Positions 1 through 10,680 of a stretch of 52,247 bases of DNA are shown here, one piece after another. The translations under genes were made by a program, and so were the position numbers. Source of the stretch: Bacteroidales bacterium (GTDB lineage Bacteria; Bacteroidota; Bacteroidia; Bacteroidales; B18-G4); assembly GCA_021107535.1 (NCBI GenBank), contig JAIOSQ010000016.1:1-52247 (forward strand). Direction: 5' to 3'. Within the stretch, counting starts at the first letter, position 1. Every line of letters starts with the position of its first letter. The notes beneath the pieces were generated by a model, which was not told the origin of the DNA, did no database searches, and worked only from the letters and a program-made list of their open reading frames with translations.

Positions 1-52
1 CGAGGACTCGGGGTCGAAATGACAAGGTTTAATTTTTAAAGGGGGGAATGGC

Positions 53-73
53 GGGGCGCGCACAGCGCGCCCC
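53..73. repeat. GC-only stem-loop ggggcgcgc-aca-gcgcgcccc
   Basis: Perfect 9-bp G/C stem with a 3-nt loop, read directly; intergenic at the left window edge. Confidence 0.6.
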
Positions 74-105
74 GATGGGGCTCCTGTTTTTGTTCTATCC
101 AATTT

Positions 106-168
106 CTATAAACATGTCGCCTCTCCGAGGCTGAATATTGTAGCACCGGAGGTGCGACATGTTTATAG
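106..168. repeat. Long imperfect inverted repeat (REP/MITE-like hairpin)
   Basis: The left arm ctataaacatgtcgcctctccg (106-127) pairs with the right arm cggaggtgcgacatgtttatag (147-168). Arms are 22 nt with 2 mismatches and the loop is 19 nt. Confidence 0.7.
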
Positions 169-250
169 CACAGGGATTTATAAGCTTCTTTAAGTGCCGT
201 AGGTACGGTCTGTGTGTGTTACATTTTACCGGACAACAGTGGTTTCTTCA

Positions 251-286
251 TTGTTCGGTGTTCGTTCTTCGTTGTTCGTTCCTCGG
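251..286. repeat. Short-period degenerate tandem repeat (gttcgtt-like units)
   Basis: The run ttgttcggtgttcgttcttcgttgttcgttcctcgg lies immediately 3' of the rsmI stop (290-292 on the minus strand). Confidence 0.55.
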
Positions 287-289
287 TCT

Positions 290-958
290 TCATTTCTCCT
301 TCCCGGCCACCACTATAACAAACTCTCCCTTTACAGGATGTGAAGAAAAATGATCAATGATCTCTGCCAGGCTTCCTCTGATGGTTTCCTCATATATTTT
401 ACTGATCTCCCGTGAAACTGAGGCCTGCCTGTCACCCCCGAATATTTCAGAAAACTGATTGAGGGTTTTGATCAGCCGATGCGGAGATTCATAGAAAATC
501 ATTGTACGGTTCTCTTCTGCCAATGACAATAATCTTGTTTGTCTCCCTTTTTTATGTGGCAGGAATCCCTCAAAAATAAAACGCTCGCATGGGAGGCCGG
601 AGCATACCAGAGCCGGAATGAATGCCGTCGGGCCGGGAAGACAGTTGACCTCCACATTTTCTCTGATGCATTCCCTGATGATAAGGTAACCCGGGTCGGA
701 AATCCCCGGTGTGCCGGCATCACTTACCAATGCAGCCGTTTCACCGGCCTTCAGCCTGTCCATGATCCTCGGCAATGCCTTGTGTTCATTGTGCAGATGA
801 TAGGCTTGCAGGGGTTTGGAAATTTCAAGATGCTTCAACAGTATACCGGAAGTCCTGGTGTCTTCAGCCATGATAAAGTCAACATTACGCAGCACCTCAA
901 CTGCTCTCCTGGTAATATCTGAAAGGTTTCCGATGGGTGTTGGTACAATATACAGCAT
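290..958 (-). CDS. rsmI: 16S rRNA (cytidine1402-2'-O)-methyltransferase RsmI
   Basis: N-terminus MLYIVPTPIGNLSDIT...AEDTR, then VSDAGTPGISDPGY and FYESPHR. It is collinear with E. coli RsmI over its full length. Confidence 0.9.
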   Translation of the reverse strand: MLYIVPTPIGNLSDITRRAVEVLRNVDFIMAEDTRTSGILLKHLEISKPLQAYHLHNEHKALPRIMDRLKAGETAALVSDAGTPGISDPGYLIIRECIRENVEVNCLPGPTAFIPALVCSGLPCERFIFEGFLPHKKGRQTRLLSLAEENRTMIFYESPHRLIKTLNQFSEIFGGDRQASVSREISKIYEETIRGSLAEIIDHFSSHPVKGEFVIVVAGKEK

Positions 959-981
959 GAAGAAATCCTATAAATGAATAA

Positions 982-2259
982 TTATTCTATTGTAAATCCG
1001 GGTTCATATGATGCCACAAAGTCAAGTAATAATTTGAAGACGTCATTATATTCTGTTAAAGGTAAAACTTCGGGCTTGTCATCGACAGTATGATATTCCT
1101 GGTGTTCCTTTCCCATGGTATAGATAAAAAAGGCCTTCACCCCTGCTTCATAAAACGGACAATGGTCACTGTTGCATGATTCCCCGCGTATCTTCACTTT
1201 TTTCAGATAAGCACCTTTTTCATTCAGTTGTACAAGACGTTCATAATCATCCATAAATACTTTCCCATTTACCAGGGTGATGCCATCACTACCGGTTCCA
1301 ACCATATCAAGATTAATAAGTGCTTTTACATTTTCCAATGGGAATAAAGGATTTTCAGCAAAATATTCAGAGCCGTTCAAGCCTGTCTCTTCTCCGCTAA
1401 GCGTGATAAATACCATTGAATACCAGGGCTGTGGGTTGCTGTGTGCGTAGTGTCGGGCCAGGTCCATAACCATAGCCGTTCCGCTGGCATTATCATTCGC
1501 TCCCGGGAAATAAGCCTGCTGCCCCATCATACCGAGGTGATCATAATGGGCTGTAAACACGATAAATGTATCAGGCTGTACGATGCCCTGTACATAAGCA
1601 GCAACATTATTGGTTTTATGATCTTCAATGTATTTGTTCTTAATGTCGAGGCTAATATGTTCGGTGCCGGGGGGCAGTTTTGATCTCCGTATATCCAGCG
1701 CCACAAAGTCAAGTACATCATGGCCGTTTGATACATGCCACCAGAGGTTTGCATCATCATCCTTCAGAAAGATGACGCCTTTCGAGCCAAAATAATTATC
1801 TTTTTTCAGGTTTTTATGATACTTGTCTGTGACGATAAATTTATCAGAAACAGACAATCCTTCAAAGCGAATATCTTTTTCGGGATCAAAGACAGAATCG
1901 TTGAGCAACCAGATGAGTTCATATGTCCCTTTCAGGGAAGGCGAAGCGCAGGAAACGAGAAACTCCGTACCGGGTTTCAATTCATTTCCGTCAACAATGA
2001 CTGTGAGCTTATAAGGAAAGGTGTTGATCCCAAAACTATACTCCTGCATATAAGCTCCCTTAAAAGCAGAAAGTTTATTAGTTTCAAACTCCCGGTTAAT
2101 ATATTTTGCTGCTTCCAGGTCTCCATTCTTCACGTAACCCCTGCCGTGCATTGCTTCTCCTGCCAGATCGTTTATCACTTTTCTGGCATAGTTCAAATCC
2201 TGTGAAAATACACATGAACCCAAAATCATTGCAGCGATCAGCGTAAATATATTCTTCAT
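982..2259 (-). CDS. Secreted M28 family metallopeptidase (aminopeptidase)
   Basis: M28 zinc-ligand blocks TAHYDHLG, NDNASG, SGEETGLNGS and NLDMVG are present. I moved the start to the ATG at 2257-2259 (MKNIFTLIAAMILGSCVFSQ signal peptide). The longer ORF start at 2466 would overlap the upstream gene. Confidence 0.85.
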   Translation of the reverse strand: MKNIFTLIAAMILGSCVFSQDLNYARKVINDLAGEAMHGRGYVKNGDLEAAKYINREFETNKLSAFKGAYMQEYSFGINTFPYKLTVIVDGNELKPGTEFLVSCASPSLKGTYELIWLLNDSVFDPEKDIRFEGLSVSDKFIVTDKYHKNLKKDNYFGSKGVIFLKDDDANLWWHVSNGHDVLDFVALDIRRSKLPPGTEHISLDIKNKYIEDHKTNNVAAYVQGIVQPDTFIVFTAHYDHLGMMGQQAYFPGANDNASGTAMVMDLARHYAHSNPQPWYSMVFITLSGEETGLNGSEYFAENPLFPLENVKALINLDMVGTGSDGITLVNGKVFMDDYERLVQLNEKGAYLKKVKIRGESCNSDHCPFYEAGVKAFFIYTMGKEHQEYHTVDDKPEVLPLTEYNDVFKLLLDFVASYEPGFTIE

Positions 2260-2266
2260 AATTCCA

Positions 2267-3040
2267 CTAATTGAATTTTTTCTCAATAAGTTGTTTAAGT
2301 CTGTTTGAGGCCTCCGAATTGCCATCCCATTTATGTTGTGTCTCGTAATCTGCCAGGGTATTTTCAGCTTCCGGCAATCCTTCCGCCAGGTTGAGTTTTT
2401 CAATGGCTTCATTATAATCAGATGGGCTACCCCCGAAAAGTTCATTGATGAACAGGAACTTATCATTGATCCCTATGGCCATTTTCAGATCCTGTACAGG
2501 CTGGTGTATCATATTTGCGGCAATAGATTTATCCTCCCCTTCCTGGAAAGAATCTGCAATGGTAGCGGTGCCGGAAAAAAGGTCTGCAGTGGTTTTGGCT
2601 TCGGGCATAATCGGTTCCTTCTCTTCCGGCCTTTTCTTTGCTTCAATTTCCGGTTCGACTTCAGGATCGGAAACTCTTGCAGTTTCTGTTTCGATTGGTT
2701 TTTCTTCAATAGTTTTATCCTCTTCTTCAGCACTAAGCACGGTTCCAGGCTCAGGTTCTTTCTCAGCGTGCGGGATATCTTCCTTAACATCAAAGTCCTG
2801 AGGTATTTCTGTGTTCTCGACTTCTTTTTCAGGCTCCATTTTCTCTGTTTCCGAAGCTGCTTCATAAGAAGTCTCAGATTGCAATTCATGGACCAATGCA
2901 TATATTTCTTTAAGCTTTCCACTCATAAGGTCGATATCAATTTCATGCAGTTGCCCCGGGTTTTTCATCACCCTTTTGATGTGTCCATCAAGAATGCTGG
3001 TAATTTTCCCTATTTCTTCTAATAATGCTGTGTTTTTCAT
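2267..3040 (-). CDS. Hypothetical protein with an acidic E/P/K-rich central linker
   Basis: 257-aa ORF with structured N- and C-terminal ends flanking a low-complexity acidic region. It is apparently co-oriented in one unit with the M28 gene and rsmI (7-nt and 23-nt gaps). No family recognised. Confidence 0.6.
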   Translation of the reverse strand: MKNTALLEEIGKITSILDGHIKRVMKNPGQLHEIDIDLMSGKLKEIYALVHELQSETSYEAASETEKMEPEKEVENTEIPQDFDVKEDIPHAEKEPEPGTVLSAEEEDKTIEEKPIETETARVSDPEVEPEIEAKKRPEEKEPIMPEAKTTADLFSGTATIADSFQEGEDKSIAANMIHQPVQDLKMAIGINDKFLFINELFGGSPSDYNEAIEKLNLAEGLPEAENTLADYETQHKWDGNSEASNRLKQLIEKKFN

Positions 3041-3157
3041 TCGGATTCTATTTTATTGTTGGCGTTGAGATTTGTTTTTACCTGCACTTTCCCCCTAAAA
3101 AAAATTAAATTTAAGTTAAGAGGGAGCCTCCGCATAAACTTTTTCATACTGTCTTTG

Positions 3158-3165
3158 TATATTTG
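3158..3165 (+). promoter_or_regulatory. Bacteroidota-type -7 promoter box TATATTTG (TAnnTTTG)
   Basis: Exact match to the TAnnTTTG consensus, 73 nt upstream of the tdk ATG. Confidence 0.45.
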
Positions 3166-3237
3166 CATAAAATATGTTTATGTCGGCTTGTATAAACAAC
3201 GAATAAAGGTATAAAAGATTGAGTTGAGTTTGCACCA

Positions 3238-3831
3238 ATGTTTTTAGAAAAATCAAAATATTCAGGACGAAGCGGTTGGATCGAAGTTATCTGTGGATCG
3301 ATGTTTTCAGGTAAGACCGAAGAGCTTATCAGACGTTTAAAGCGGGCAAAGATTGCACGGCAGAAAGTTGAAATCTTTAAACCAATGGTCGATACACGTT
3401 ATGATGAGGAAGATGTGGTTTCTCATGATGACAATTCCATTCGTTCCACCCCGGTCTATTCAGCAAACCAGATCTTATTATTGGCCAATGATTTTGATGT
3501 GGTCGGTATTGATGAAGCACAGTTTTTTGATGAGGAGCTTTCTGCTGTATGCAACATCCTGGCCAACAATGGTATTCGGGTAATTGTTGCCGGACTGGAT
3601 ATGGATTACCTGGGCAATCCATACGGCCCTATTCCGGTACTGCTTGCCACGGCAGAATATATTACAAAAGTACATGCTATATGCCCGATCTGTGGTGATC
3701 TTGCAAATTATTCACACAGAATGGTTGAGCAGGAAGGACAGCTTATGCTCGGTGAAACTGACGTTTATGAACCGCTGTGCAGAAAACATTTCCTTGAAAA
3801 ACTGAAGAATTCAAAGAAGAAACAGTCTTAG
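3238..3831 (+). CDS. tdk: Thymidine kinase
   Basis: P-loop [24 protein letters not shown], and C-terminal zinc-ribbon cysteines (CPICG ... CRKH). Confidence 0.92.
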   Translation: MFLEKSKYSGRSGWIEVICGSMFSGKTEELIRRLKRAKIARQKVEIFKPMVDTRYDEEDVVSHDDNSIRSTPVYSANQILLLANDFDVVGIDEAQFFDEELSAVCNILANNGIRVIVAGLDMDYLGNPYGPIPVLLATAEYITKVHAICPICGDLANYSHRMVEQEGQLMLGETDVYEPLCRKHFLEKLKNSKKKQS

Positions 3832-3856
3832 ATTACGTTAATTCCTCTCAATTTCT

Positions 3857-3864
3857 TAATTTTG
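3857..3864 (+). promoter_or_regulatory. -7 promoter box TAATTTTG
   Basis: Exact TAnnTTTG match, 31 nt upstream of the ATG at 3895. Confidence 0.5.
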
Positions 3865-3894
3865 CACACTGTTTAATCTAAAATACTTATAGAA

Positions 3895-4521
3895 ATGAAG
3901 AAAGTAATTGTAATATTCATGATGAGCATGTTTCTCGGAAGCATGTCATATTCACAAAACGAAACTATGTTTGTAATTCACACTGATTACGGCGACATGA
4001 CAGGAATGTTATATAATGACACTCCCGGGCATCGCGACAATTTTATTAAACTTATCAATGAAGGATGGTTTAACGGTTCAACTTTTCACAGGGTGATCAA
4101 AAACTTTATGATCCAGGGAGGAGGCAAGGAGGGCGGAACTGTTGATGTGGGTTATACCATCCCGGCAGAGTTTGTTCCTGAATATTTTCATAAAAAAGGA
4201 GCCCTTGCCGCTGCCCGTACGGCTGATCAGGTCAATCCTGAGAAACGCTCAAGCGGATCACAATTTTATATTGTTCAGGGTAAACGCTATGGTGACAAGG
4301 AACTTGGTGACCTTGAAATGCGCAAGAATTGTGAGTGGACTGCTGAACAAAAAGAGACTTACAAAACTGTTGGGGGTGTAGCATTTCTCGATTACGATTA
4401 TACGGTTTTCGGAGAAATTATTGATGGCTTAGACGTGATTGATAAGATCGCCGCTGTTCAGACAGCCCGTGGCGACAAACCGCTTAAAGATGTCACGATG
4501 ACTGTTGAGATCATCGACTAA
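3895..4521 (+). CDS. Peptidyl-prolyl cis-trans isomerase, cyclophilin type, secreted
   Basis: Signal peptide followed by [20 protein letters not shown] and TVFGEIIDG cyclophilin blocks. Confidence 0.9.
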   Translation: MKKVIVIFMMSMFLGSMSYSQNETMFVIHTDYGDMTGMLYNDTPGHRDNFIKLINEGWFNGSTFHRVIKNFMIQGGGKEGGTVDVGYTIPAEFVPEYFHKKGALAAARTADQVNPEKRSSGSQFYIVQGKRYGDKELGDLEMRKNCEWTAEQKETYKTVGGVAFLDYDYTVFGEIIDGLDVIDKIAAVQTARGDKPLKDVTMTVEIID

Positions 4522-4532
4522 AGAGATCCTGT

Positions 4533-5567
4533 ATGAAGGACAAAATCATACAACTGCGTGAAGAACTTGACCGCCTGGTAGCAGAAAACCATGAGCAACT
4601 TGAGCAATTTCGCATTCGTTTTCTAAGCAAAAAAGGAGTGATCCCGGGCTTGTTCTCTGAATTTAGAAATGTTGCCCCGGATCAGCGGAGAGAGATTGGC
4701 CAGGCTTTGAATCTGTTGAAACAAAAGGCTGTAGAAAAGATTGCTGCACTTAAAGATCAGCTGGATCGCTCCAGTATTCGTGATAAAACAGAAACTGACC
4801 TGAGTCGGCCTGCTGAAGAGATCAGCATTGGTTCAAGGCATCCCATTTCCCTGGTTAAAGACCGTATTACAGGGATCTTCCAGAACATAGGCTTCAATAT
4901 TTCTGATGGTCCTGAAATTGAGGATGACTGGCACAATTTCTCAGCATTGAATTTTCCTCCCGACCATCCGGCCCGCGATATGCAGGATACGTTTTTTATC
5001 GAGAAGAGTGAAGATTATCAGAAACAGGTGGCACTTCGCACGCACACCTCTTCTGTACAGGTAAGGGTGATGGAAACAACAAAACCGCCTATCCGTACAC
5101 TTTCACCGGGGAGAGTATTCAGAAACGAAGCTATTTCTGCCCGTTCACATTGCATATTCCACCAGGTGGAAGGCTTGTATGTTGACAAAGGAGTGTCCTT
5201 TGCTGATCTTAAGCAAACCTTGTTTTACTTTGCCAGGGAAATGTTTGGCGAAGAAACAGAGATACGCTTCCGTCCTTCATATTTCCCATTCACCGAGCCT
5301 TCGGCTGAGATGGATATTTCATGTAATATCTGTAATGGAGAGGGCTGCAATGTATGTAAATATAGTGGATGGCTGGAGATCATGGGATGCGGCATGGTTG
5401 ATCCTGCCGTACTAAAAAATTGCGGAATCGATCCGGAGACCTATTCAGGTTATGCTTTTGGAATGGGTGTTGAACGCATCGCCATGATGCTTTACTCGGT
5501 CAGGGATATCAGGTATTTCTTTGAAAATGACCAGCGATTTCTGAAGCAGTTTACTTCTGCATTATAA
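4533..5567 (+). CDS. pheS: Phenylalanine--tRNA ligase alpha subunit
   Basis: [37 protein letters not shown] and GMGVERIAM class II motifs. Confidence 0.93.
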   Translation: MKDKIIQLREELDRLVAENHEQLEQFRIRFLSKKGVIPGLFSEFRNVAPDQRREIGQALNLLKQKAVEKIAALKDQLDRSSIRDKTETDLSRPAEEISIGSRHPISLVKDRITGIFQNIGFNISDGPEIEDDWHNFSALNFPPDHPARDMQDTFFIEKSEDYQKQVALRTHTSSVQVRVMETTKPPIRTLSPGRVFRNEAISARSHCIFHQVEGLYVDKGVSFADLKQTLFYFAREMFGEETEIRFRPSYFPFTEPSAEMDISCNICNGEGCNVCKYSGWLEIMGCGMVDPAVLKNCGIDPETYSGYAFGMGVERIAMMLYSVRDIRYFFENDQRFLKQFTSAL

Positions 5568-5583
5568 GAGAAATTCACATGCC

Positions 5584-6093
5584 TTATTCCAGGTCGGCAT
5601 CGTAAGGAACTGACAGGTGTCCCTGAACCAGTACCCATTTACCATCCCTCTTCTCAAGAACTCCCGTGAAACGGATACCTTCAAATGACATATTCTCATC
5701 CTGGTAAATAAAGTTATAGTTGAGTATTTGAGAAAACCAGGCTGTGGTCCCTGACTTATTGATCTTGATCTTTTGATCACGTATACTGATCAGGATATTT
5801 TCAAATTCATCAAACTGCCGGACCATTGCTTTCTTTATAGCTGCAAAGCCTACCAATTGTTCATCACCTTCACTGCCAAACAAAACAATATCTTCATCCG
5901 GAGCCCATATCTGTTCAATTGTGGCGAAGTCTTCACTTTCACGGGCCAACTCAAATTGTTCAATCACCGATCTGATCTCTGATAATTCCTTATCAAAGTC
6001 TACTTCGGGGCATTCTTCTTTTTGTGGCTCACATCCGATCATTCCTATCAGCAAGACAGGGATCAATAATCTGAATAAATTTTTCATTTTCAT
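5584..6093 (-). CDS. SnoaL/NTF2-like (DUF4440-like) lipoprotein
   Basis: Lipobox LLIGMIGC, about 150 aa, alpha+beta barrel-type sequence ending ...KRDGKWVLVQGHLS, which is typical of NTF2-like folds. The family call is from memory. Confidence 0.6.
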   Translation of the reverse strand: MKMKNLFRLLIPVLLIGMIGCEPQKEECPEVDFDKELSEIRSVIEQFELARESEDFATIEQIWAPDEDIVLFGSEGDEQLVGFAAIKKAMVRQFDEFENILISIRDQKIKINKSGTTAWFSQILNYNFIYQDENMSFEGIRFTGVLEKRDGKWVLVQGHLSVPYDADLE

Positions 6094-6237
6094 TGGTTTT
6101 TTTAGACGGCGGATTTTTCTATCGCCTGATTATGGTTTTGCATATATTGCTTTACGGGGGTTTCAATTATACCTGCTGTGAATATACGGCAATTTTTTCA
6201 GGAAATCAAGATTTGGTTCAATTTTATTCCGGTATAG

Positions 6238-6316
6238 AGGCGGGACGCGGAGTGTGGGATGCGGGATGTGGGATGTGGGACGTGGGGTGCGGGACGTGGG
6301 GTGCGAGATGTGGGAT
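6238..6316 (+). repeat. G-rich degenerate 7-8 nt tandem repeat (GGGATGT/GGGACGT units); G-quadruplex-type motif on the + strand
   Basis: Sequence: gggacgcggagtgtgggatgcgggatgtgggatgtgggacgtggggtgcgggacgtggggtgcgagatgtggga. There are more than 4 consecutive G3+ runs with 3-4 nt loops. Confidence 0.75.
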
Positions 6317-6446
6317 ACTGTTTATGCGAGGGTGGGCGCAAGCAAGCTTTATCTCTCTATAAGAATAAGTTATTTAGAGAAATTCTGTATTAATATGGTA
6401 TATTATTCGTAAATTCGCACCCGATAAAATATACAGTATTTGTTAT

Positions 6447-7616
6447 ATGAATTCCACTTCAATTCTTAAAAAATTCAAGACTGTTTTTTTTGTTGTGATC
6501 CTTGCCGCAGTAATGGTATTGTCGGCAATTATTACCTCTGCTGATGTGTTTTCTCAGCATCATAAAACCAGGCAGGATGAAATAGAATTGATCAAAGAAG
6601 AAGTAACTGAAGGTGAAGTAGATGCCGGAAAGATGATCAATGATCATTTGATTGACTCTCATGAGTGGCATCTCTGGACATACAAAGGTCATCATGTCGC
6701 AATTCCCTTGCCTGTCTTTCTGATCCACAACGGTGAATTTCATGCTTTCTGGTCAAGCAAACTGGCACATGGCCACCATCATAAAGGTTTCTATATAGAA
6801 GTGCAGGGTGATAACAAGGGTAAGATCCTCCGAACCATACAGGATGATATGCTGAATGATGAAATTCTCAGAGAAGAAGGTACAACTGACCTTCCCACTG
6901 ACCTTTCGATAACAAAAAACGTGCTGGCCATCATGATCAGTTCCATCTTTCTGATCCTCATCTTCACATCAGTAGCCAGGGCATATAAAAGAAGAAAGGA
7001 CCAGGCACCGAAAGGACTGCAGTCCTTTATGGAACCTATCATTGTTTTTGTCCGGGACGATATTGCAAAGTCATCCATCGGGGAGAAAAAATATGAAAAA
7101 TACATGCCTTTTTTGCTCACTGTATTCTTCTTTATTTTCCTGAACAACCTGATGGGGATTGTTCCTTTCTTCCCGGGTGGGGCCAATGTAACAGGTAATA
7201 TTGCCGTTACCGGGGTGATGGCTCTTTTCACCTTTCTGATCACATCATTCAGTGGTAATCGTGGATACTGGACACATATCATCAACACACCGGGAGTTCC
7301 CTGGTGGCTGAAGTTTCCCTTACCCCTGATGCCCGTTGTGGAAATCGTGGGAATATTTACCAAACCCTTCGTGTTGATGATCAGGCTCTTTGCAAATATT
7401 ACGGCAGGACATACCATCATCCTCGGATTTATCAGCCTGATATTTATTTTTGGAAATATTAACGAATTCCTGGGCCTGGGTATAGGCATAGGATTTTCAA
7501 TCCCATTCGCAGTTTTTATGAGCCTGCTTGAATTGCTGGTTGCATTTATTCAGGCTTACGTATTCACCCTCTTATCCGCCTTGTATTTTGGCATGGCTGT
7601 GGAGGAGTATCATTGA
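6447..7616 (+). CDS. atpB: F0F1 ATP synthase subunit a
   Basis: C-terminal LMIRLFANITAGH (conserved Arg), multiple TM helices, long N-terminal extension, first gene of the atp cluster. Confidence 0.9.
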   Translation: MNSTSILKKFKTVFFVVILAAVMVLSAIITSADVFSQHHKTRQDEIELIKEEVTEGEVDAGKMINDHLIDSHEWHLWTYKGHHVAIPLPVFLIHNGEFHAFWSSKLAHGHHHKGFYIEVQGDNKGKILRTIQDDMLNDEILREEGTTDLPTDLSITKNVLAIMISSIFLILIFTSVARAYKRRKDQAPKGLQSFMEPIIVFVRDDIAKSSIGEKKYEKYMPFLLTVFFFIFLNNLMGIVPFFPGGANVTGNIAVTGVMALFTFLITSFSGNRGYWTHIINTPGVPWWLKFPLPLMPVVEIVGIFTKPFVLMIRLFANITAGHTIILGFISLIFIFGNINEFLGLGIGIGFSIPFAVFMSLLELLVAFIQAYVFTLLSALYFGMAVEEYH

Positions 7617-7639
7617 CGAAACCTTATAATAATCACTAA

Positions 7640-7912
<273 letters not shown>

Positions 7913-7926
7913 AAAGGAAGAGCATG

Positions 7927-7971
7927 GTTCCAGGGATCTTAACGGTTGGTTAAGATCCCCGGAACTTTTTT
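7927..7971 (+). terminator. Strong stem-loop plus T6 between atpE and atpF (intra-operon terminator/attenuator)
   Basis: 7927-7943 pairs with 7949-7965 (17 positions, 1 mismatch), the loop is ggttg, followed by tttttt at 7966-7971. Confidence 0.6.
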
Positions 7972-7992
7972 AAAAACCAAAAGAAAAAATAA

Positions 7993-8487
7993 ATGGAAAT
8001 AGTTAGTCCCGGAATAGGCCTGATCTTATGGATGACCCTCTCATTTACAGCCCTGGTATTCATTCTTCGCCGCTATGCATGGAAGCCCATTTTGAAATCG
8101 CTTCACGACAGGGAAGATACCATTGAAGAAGCCCTGAATACTGCTAATAAAGCAAGGGAAGAGATGAAAGATCTCAAAGCGGATAATGAAATACTTCTGA
8201 AAGAAGCACAGGAAGAGCGTAATATTATACTGCGTGAAGCCAGGAAAGTGAAAGAGTCGATCATTGAGGAGGCAAAATACAAAGCCAACGAAGAGGCGGA
8301 CAACATTGTTGAAAATGCCAAGGAACGGATCGAATATGAGAAGATGGCTGCGATGACGGACCTGAAAAACCAAATTGCTTCTATCTCCATCGAGGTTGCT
8401 GAAAAAATCCTTGAAAAAGAGCTTTCTAAGGAAAGCAAGCAGGAGGATTATATTAAGAAACTGATCGGAGACGCTCAACTCAATTAA
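7993..8487 (+). CDS. atpF: F0F1 ATP synthase subunit b
   Basis: One N-terminal TM helix followed by a long charged coiled coil; position in the operon. Confidence 0.85.
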   Translation: MEIVSPGIGLILWMTLSFTALVFILRRYAWKPILKSLHDREDTIEEALNTANKAREEMKDLKADNEILLKEAQEERNIILREARKVKESIIEEAKYKANEEADNIVENAKERIEYEKMAAMTDLKNQIASISIEVAEKILEKELSKESKQEDYIKKLIGDAQLN

Positions 8488-8497
8488 GAACTGGATC

Positions 8498-9058
8498 ATG
8501 CATAACACAATCATCGCGCAACGCTATGCAAAGGCAGTCTTCGAATTGGCCCTGGAAATGAATTTACTGGAAGAAATAAAGGCCGATATGGAACTCATTT
8601 CTTCGATTTGTGCTGATAATAAAGACTTTATCCGTATGCTTAACAGCCCCGTTATCCGTACAGATAAAAAAATAAAGATCCTGAAGTCTGTTTTTGAAAA
8701 AGAGATCAGCGATATCAGCATGCGCTACCTGGTGATCATCACCAACAAAATGAGAGAAAAGTATATCCGTGATATTGCTGATGAATTTCTTAGCGTTTAC
8801 AAGAAATTCAAGAACATTTTTACGGTACATTTTGCAAGTGCCCGGGAGATCACTGATGAGATCCGTAAAAAGGTCATAAAGCTTCTCGAGGATCAAACCA
8901 AAGGAAACATTGAGCTTATTGAAGAAGTGAAAGAAGACCTTATCGGAGGATTTGTAATGAATTATGATGATTATAAATACGATGCGAGCATTGCATACCA
9001 GCTCAAGAAATTAAAACACACTGCAGCTGAGATCAATCTATACGTCAGAGGAATTTAA
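8498..9058 (+). CDS. atpH: F0F1 ATP synthase subunit delta (OSCP)
   Basis: N-terminus [13 protein letters not shown], about 186 aa, located between atpF and atpA. Confidence 0.85.
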   Translation: MHNTIIAQRYAKAVFELALEMNLLEEIKADMELISSICADNKDFIRMLNSPVIRTDKKIKILKSVFEKEISDISMRYLVIITNKMREKYIRDIADEFLSVYKKFKNIFTVHFASAREITDEIRKKVIKLLEDQTKGNIELIEEVKEDLIGGFVMNYDDYKYDASIAYQLKKLKHTAAEINLYVRGI

Positions 9059-9072
9059 AAAACACAAATGAT

Positions 9073-10656
9073 ATGGCATCAATAAAACCAGCAGAAGTAT
9101 CCGCCATTTTACGACAGGAATTATCAGGATACAAAAATGAAACAGAACTTCAGGAGGTCGGCACTGTGTTGCAGGTAGGTGACGGGATTGCCCGCATTTA
9201 CGGACTGAACAACGTTGGTTCAGGAGAATTGATCGAATTTGAAAAAACCGGTTTAAAAGGCATCGTGCTGAACCTTGAACAGGATAATGTTGGTGTAGTG
9301 TTATTGGGAGAACCTGAAGATATCAAAGAAGGAGACAGTGTAAAGCGTACCGGACAGATAGCATCCATTAATGTTAGCGAAGGTATGCTTGGAAGGGTGA
9401 TCAATACCCTTGGAGAGCCTATCGACGGAAAAGGAGAAATAGAAGGAGAATCTTTCCTGATCCCCCTTGAAAGGAAAGCCCCGGGTGTTATTTATCGCCA
9501 GCCTGTAAATGAGCCTTTGCAAACCGGGATTAAAGCCATTGATGCCATGATCCCGATCGGCCGTGGACAGCGTGAGCTGATCATTGGTGACCGGCAAACC
9601 GGGAAGACCGCGATTGCCATTGACACTATCATCAACCAGAAAAAAAACTTCGATAAAGGTGAACCGGTGTATTGTATTTATGTGGCTATCGGACAAAAAG
9701 GTTCAACAGTGGCTAATATCTTGAAGATCCTTGAGGATAAAGGTGCAATGGAATATACTGTTATCATCACTGCCACAGCTTCCGATCCGGCTGCCATGCA
9801 ATTTTATGCTCCTTTTGCCGGTGCTGCCATCGGAGAGTATTTCAGGGATACAGGAAGGTCTGCATTGGTGATTTATGATGACCTTTCAAAGCAAGCTGTT
9901 GCCTACCGTGAAGTTTCACTCCTTCTCAGAAGGCCTCCCGGACGCGAAGCCTACCCCGGAGATGTCTTTTACCTCCATTCCCGCCTGCTGGAAAGGGCTG
10001 CCAAGATTATTTCATCCAACGATATTGCCAAAAACATGAATGACCTACCGGCTTCCTTAAAAGGAAAAGTGAAAGGAGGTGGTTCCTTAACGGCTCTTCC
10101 AATTATAGAAACACAATCCGGTGATGTTTCAGCATATATTCCTACCAATGTGATTTCCATTACCGACGGCCAGATCTTCCTCGAATCCAACTTATTCAAC
10201 GCAGGGGTTCGGCCCGCTATCAATGTGGGTATTTCGGTATCGAGGGTAGGAGGAAATGCCCAGGTGAAGGCAATGAAAAAAGTAGCCGGGACACTCAAAC
10301 TCGACCAGGCACAATACAGGGAGCTGGAAGCATTTTCCAAATTCGGCTCCGATCTGGATGCTGCTACCATAGCAGTATTGGAAAAAGGGAAGCGAAATGT
10401 TGAGATCCTGAAACAGAATCAATACTCACCCATGAGTGTGGATAAGCAAATTGCTATTATATACTGTGGTGCCACAGGCCTATTAAAAAATGTTCCTGTT
10501 GCCCGGATACATGATTTTCAAGAAGAATTTCTCCATTTCATGGAAGAAAAACATTCAAAAACACTGAAAGACCTGAGAAAAGGGATCTTCAATGATGATA
10601 TTGCCAAGATTCTGGATGTTGCTGCTCAGAACATCTCCGGACGCTATACAGCATAA
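9073..10656 (+). CDS. atpA: F0F1 ATP synthase subunit alpha
   Basis: Walker A GDRQTGKT, plus [26 protein letters not shown]. Confidence 0.95.
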   Translation: MASIKPAEVSAILRQELSGYKNETELQEVGTVLQVGDGIARIYGLNNVGSGELIEFEKTGLKGIVLNLEQDNVGVVLLGEPEDIKEGDSVKRTGQIASINVSEGMLGRVINTLGEPIDGKGEIEGESFLIPLERKAPGVIYRQPVNEPLQTGIKAIDAMIPIGRGQRELIIGDRQTGKTAIAIDTIINQKKNFDKGEPVYCIYVAIGQKGSTVANILKILEDKGAMEYTVIITATASDPAAMQFYAPFAGAAIGEYFRDTGRSALVIYDDLSKQAVAYREVSLLLRRPPGREAYPGDVFYLHSRLLERAAKIISSNDIAKNMNDLPASLKGKVKGGGSLTALPIIETQSGDVSAYIPTNVISITDGQIFLESNLFNAGVRPAINVGISVSRVGGNAQVKAMKKVAGTLKLDQAQYRELEAFSKFGSDLDAATIAVLEKGKRNVEILKQNQYSPMSVDKQIAIIYCGATGLLKNVPVARIHDFQEEFLHFMEEKHSKTLKDLRKGIFNDDIAKILDVAAQNISGRYTA

Positions 10657-10680
10657 GACGAAAAAAATAAGTGAGAGATC

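Noticed and set aside
2260-2466. N-terminal 69-codon extension of the M28 peptidase ORF (start at 2466)
   Set aside because: The extension overlaps the 3' end of the upstream gene (2267-3040) and precedes a perfect signal peptide beginning at the ATG at 2259. Similar over-long ORF-track starts were trimmed at 15454 (to 15397), 19270 (to 19237), 27839 (to 27776) and 24032 (to 24056).
6238-6316. Possible CRISPR array for the short-period repeats (also 11633-11715, 22901-22930, 15468-15506)
   Set aside because: The units are only 7-8 nt and directly contiguous, with no 25-40 nt spacers and no cas genes anywhere in the window. This is microsatellite-like architecture, not CRISPR.
6093-6362. 89-aa ORF (and similar ORFs 11569-11751, 25566-25751, 50760-50957) lying over repeat tracts
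   Set aside because: Their translations are periodic low-complexity strings (GCGMWDVGCGTWG, VRGAWCGVRGTGYGVRG) produced by reading through the tandem or hairpin repeats. There is no start context and no recognisable domain, so I treat them as artefacts of repeat DNA.
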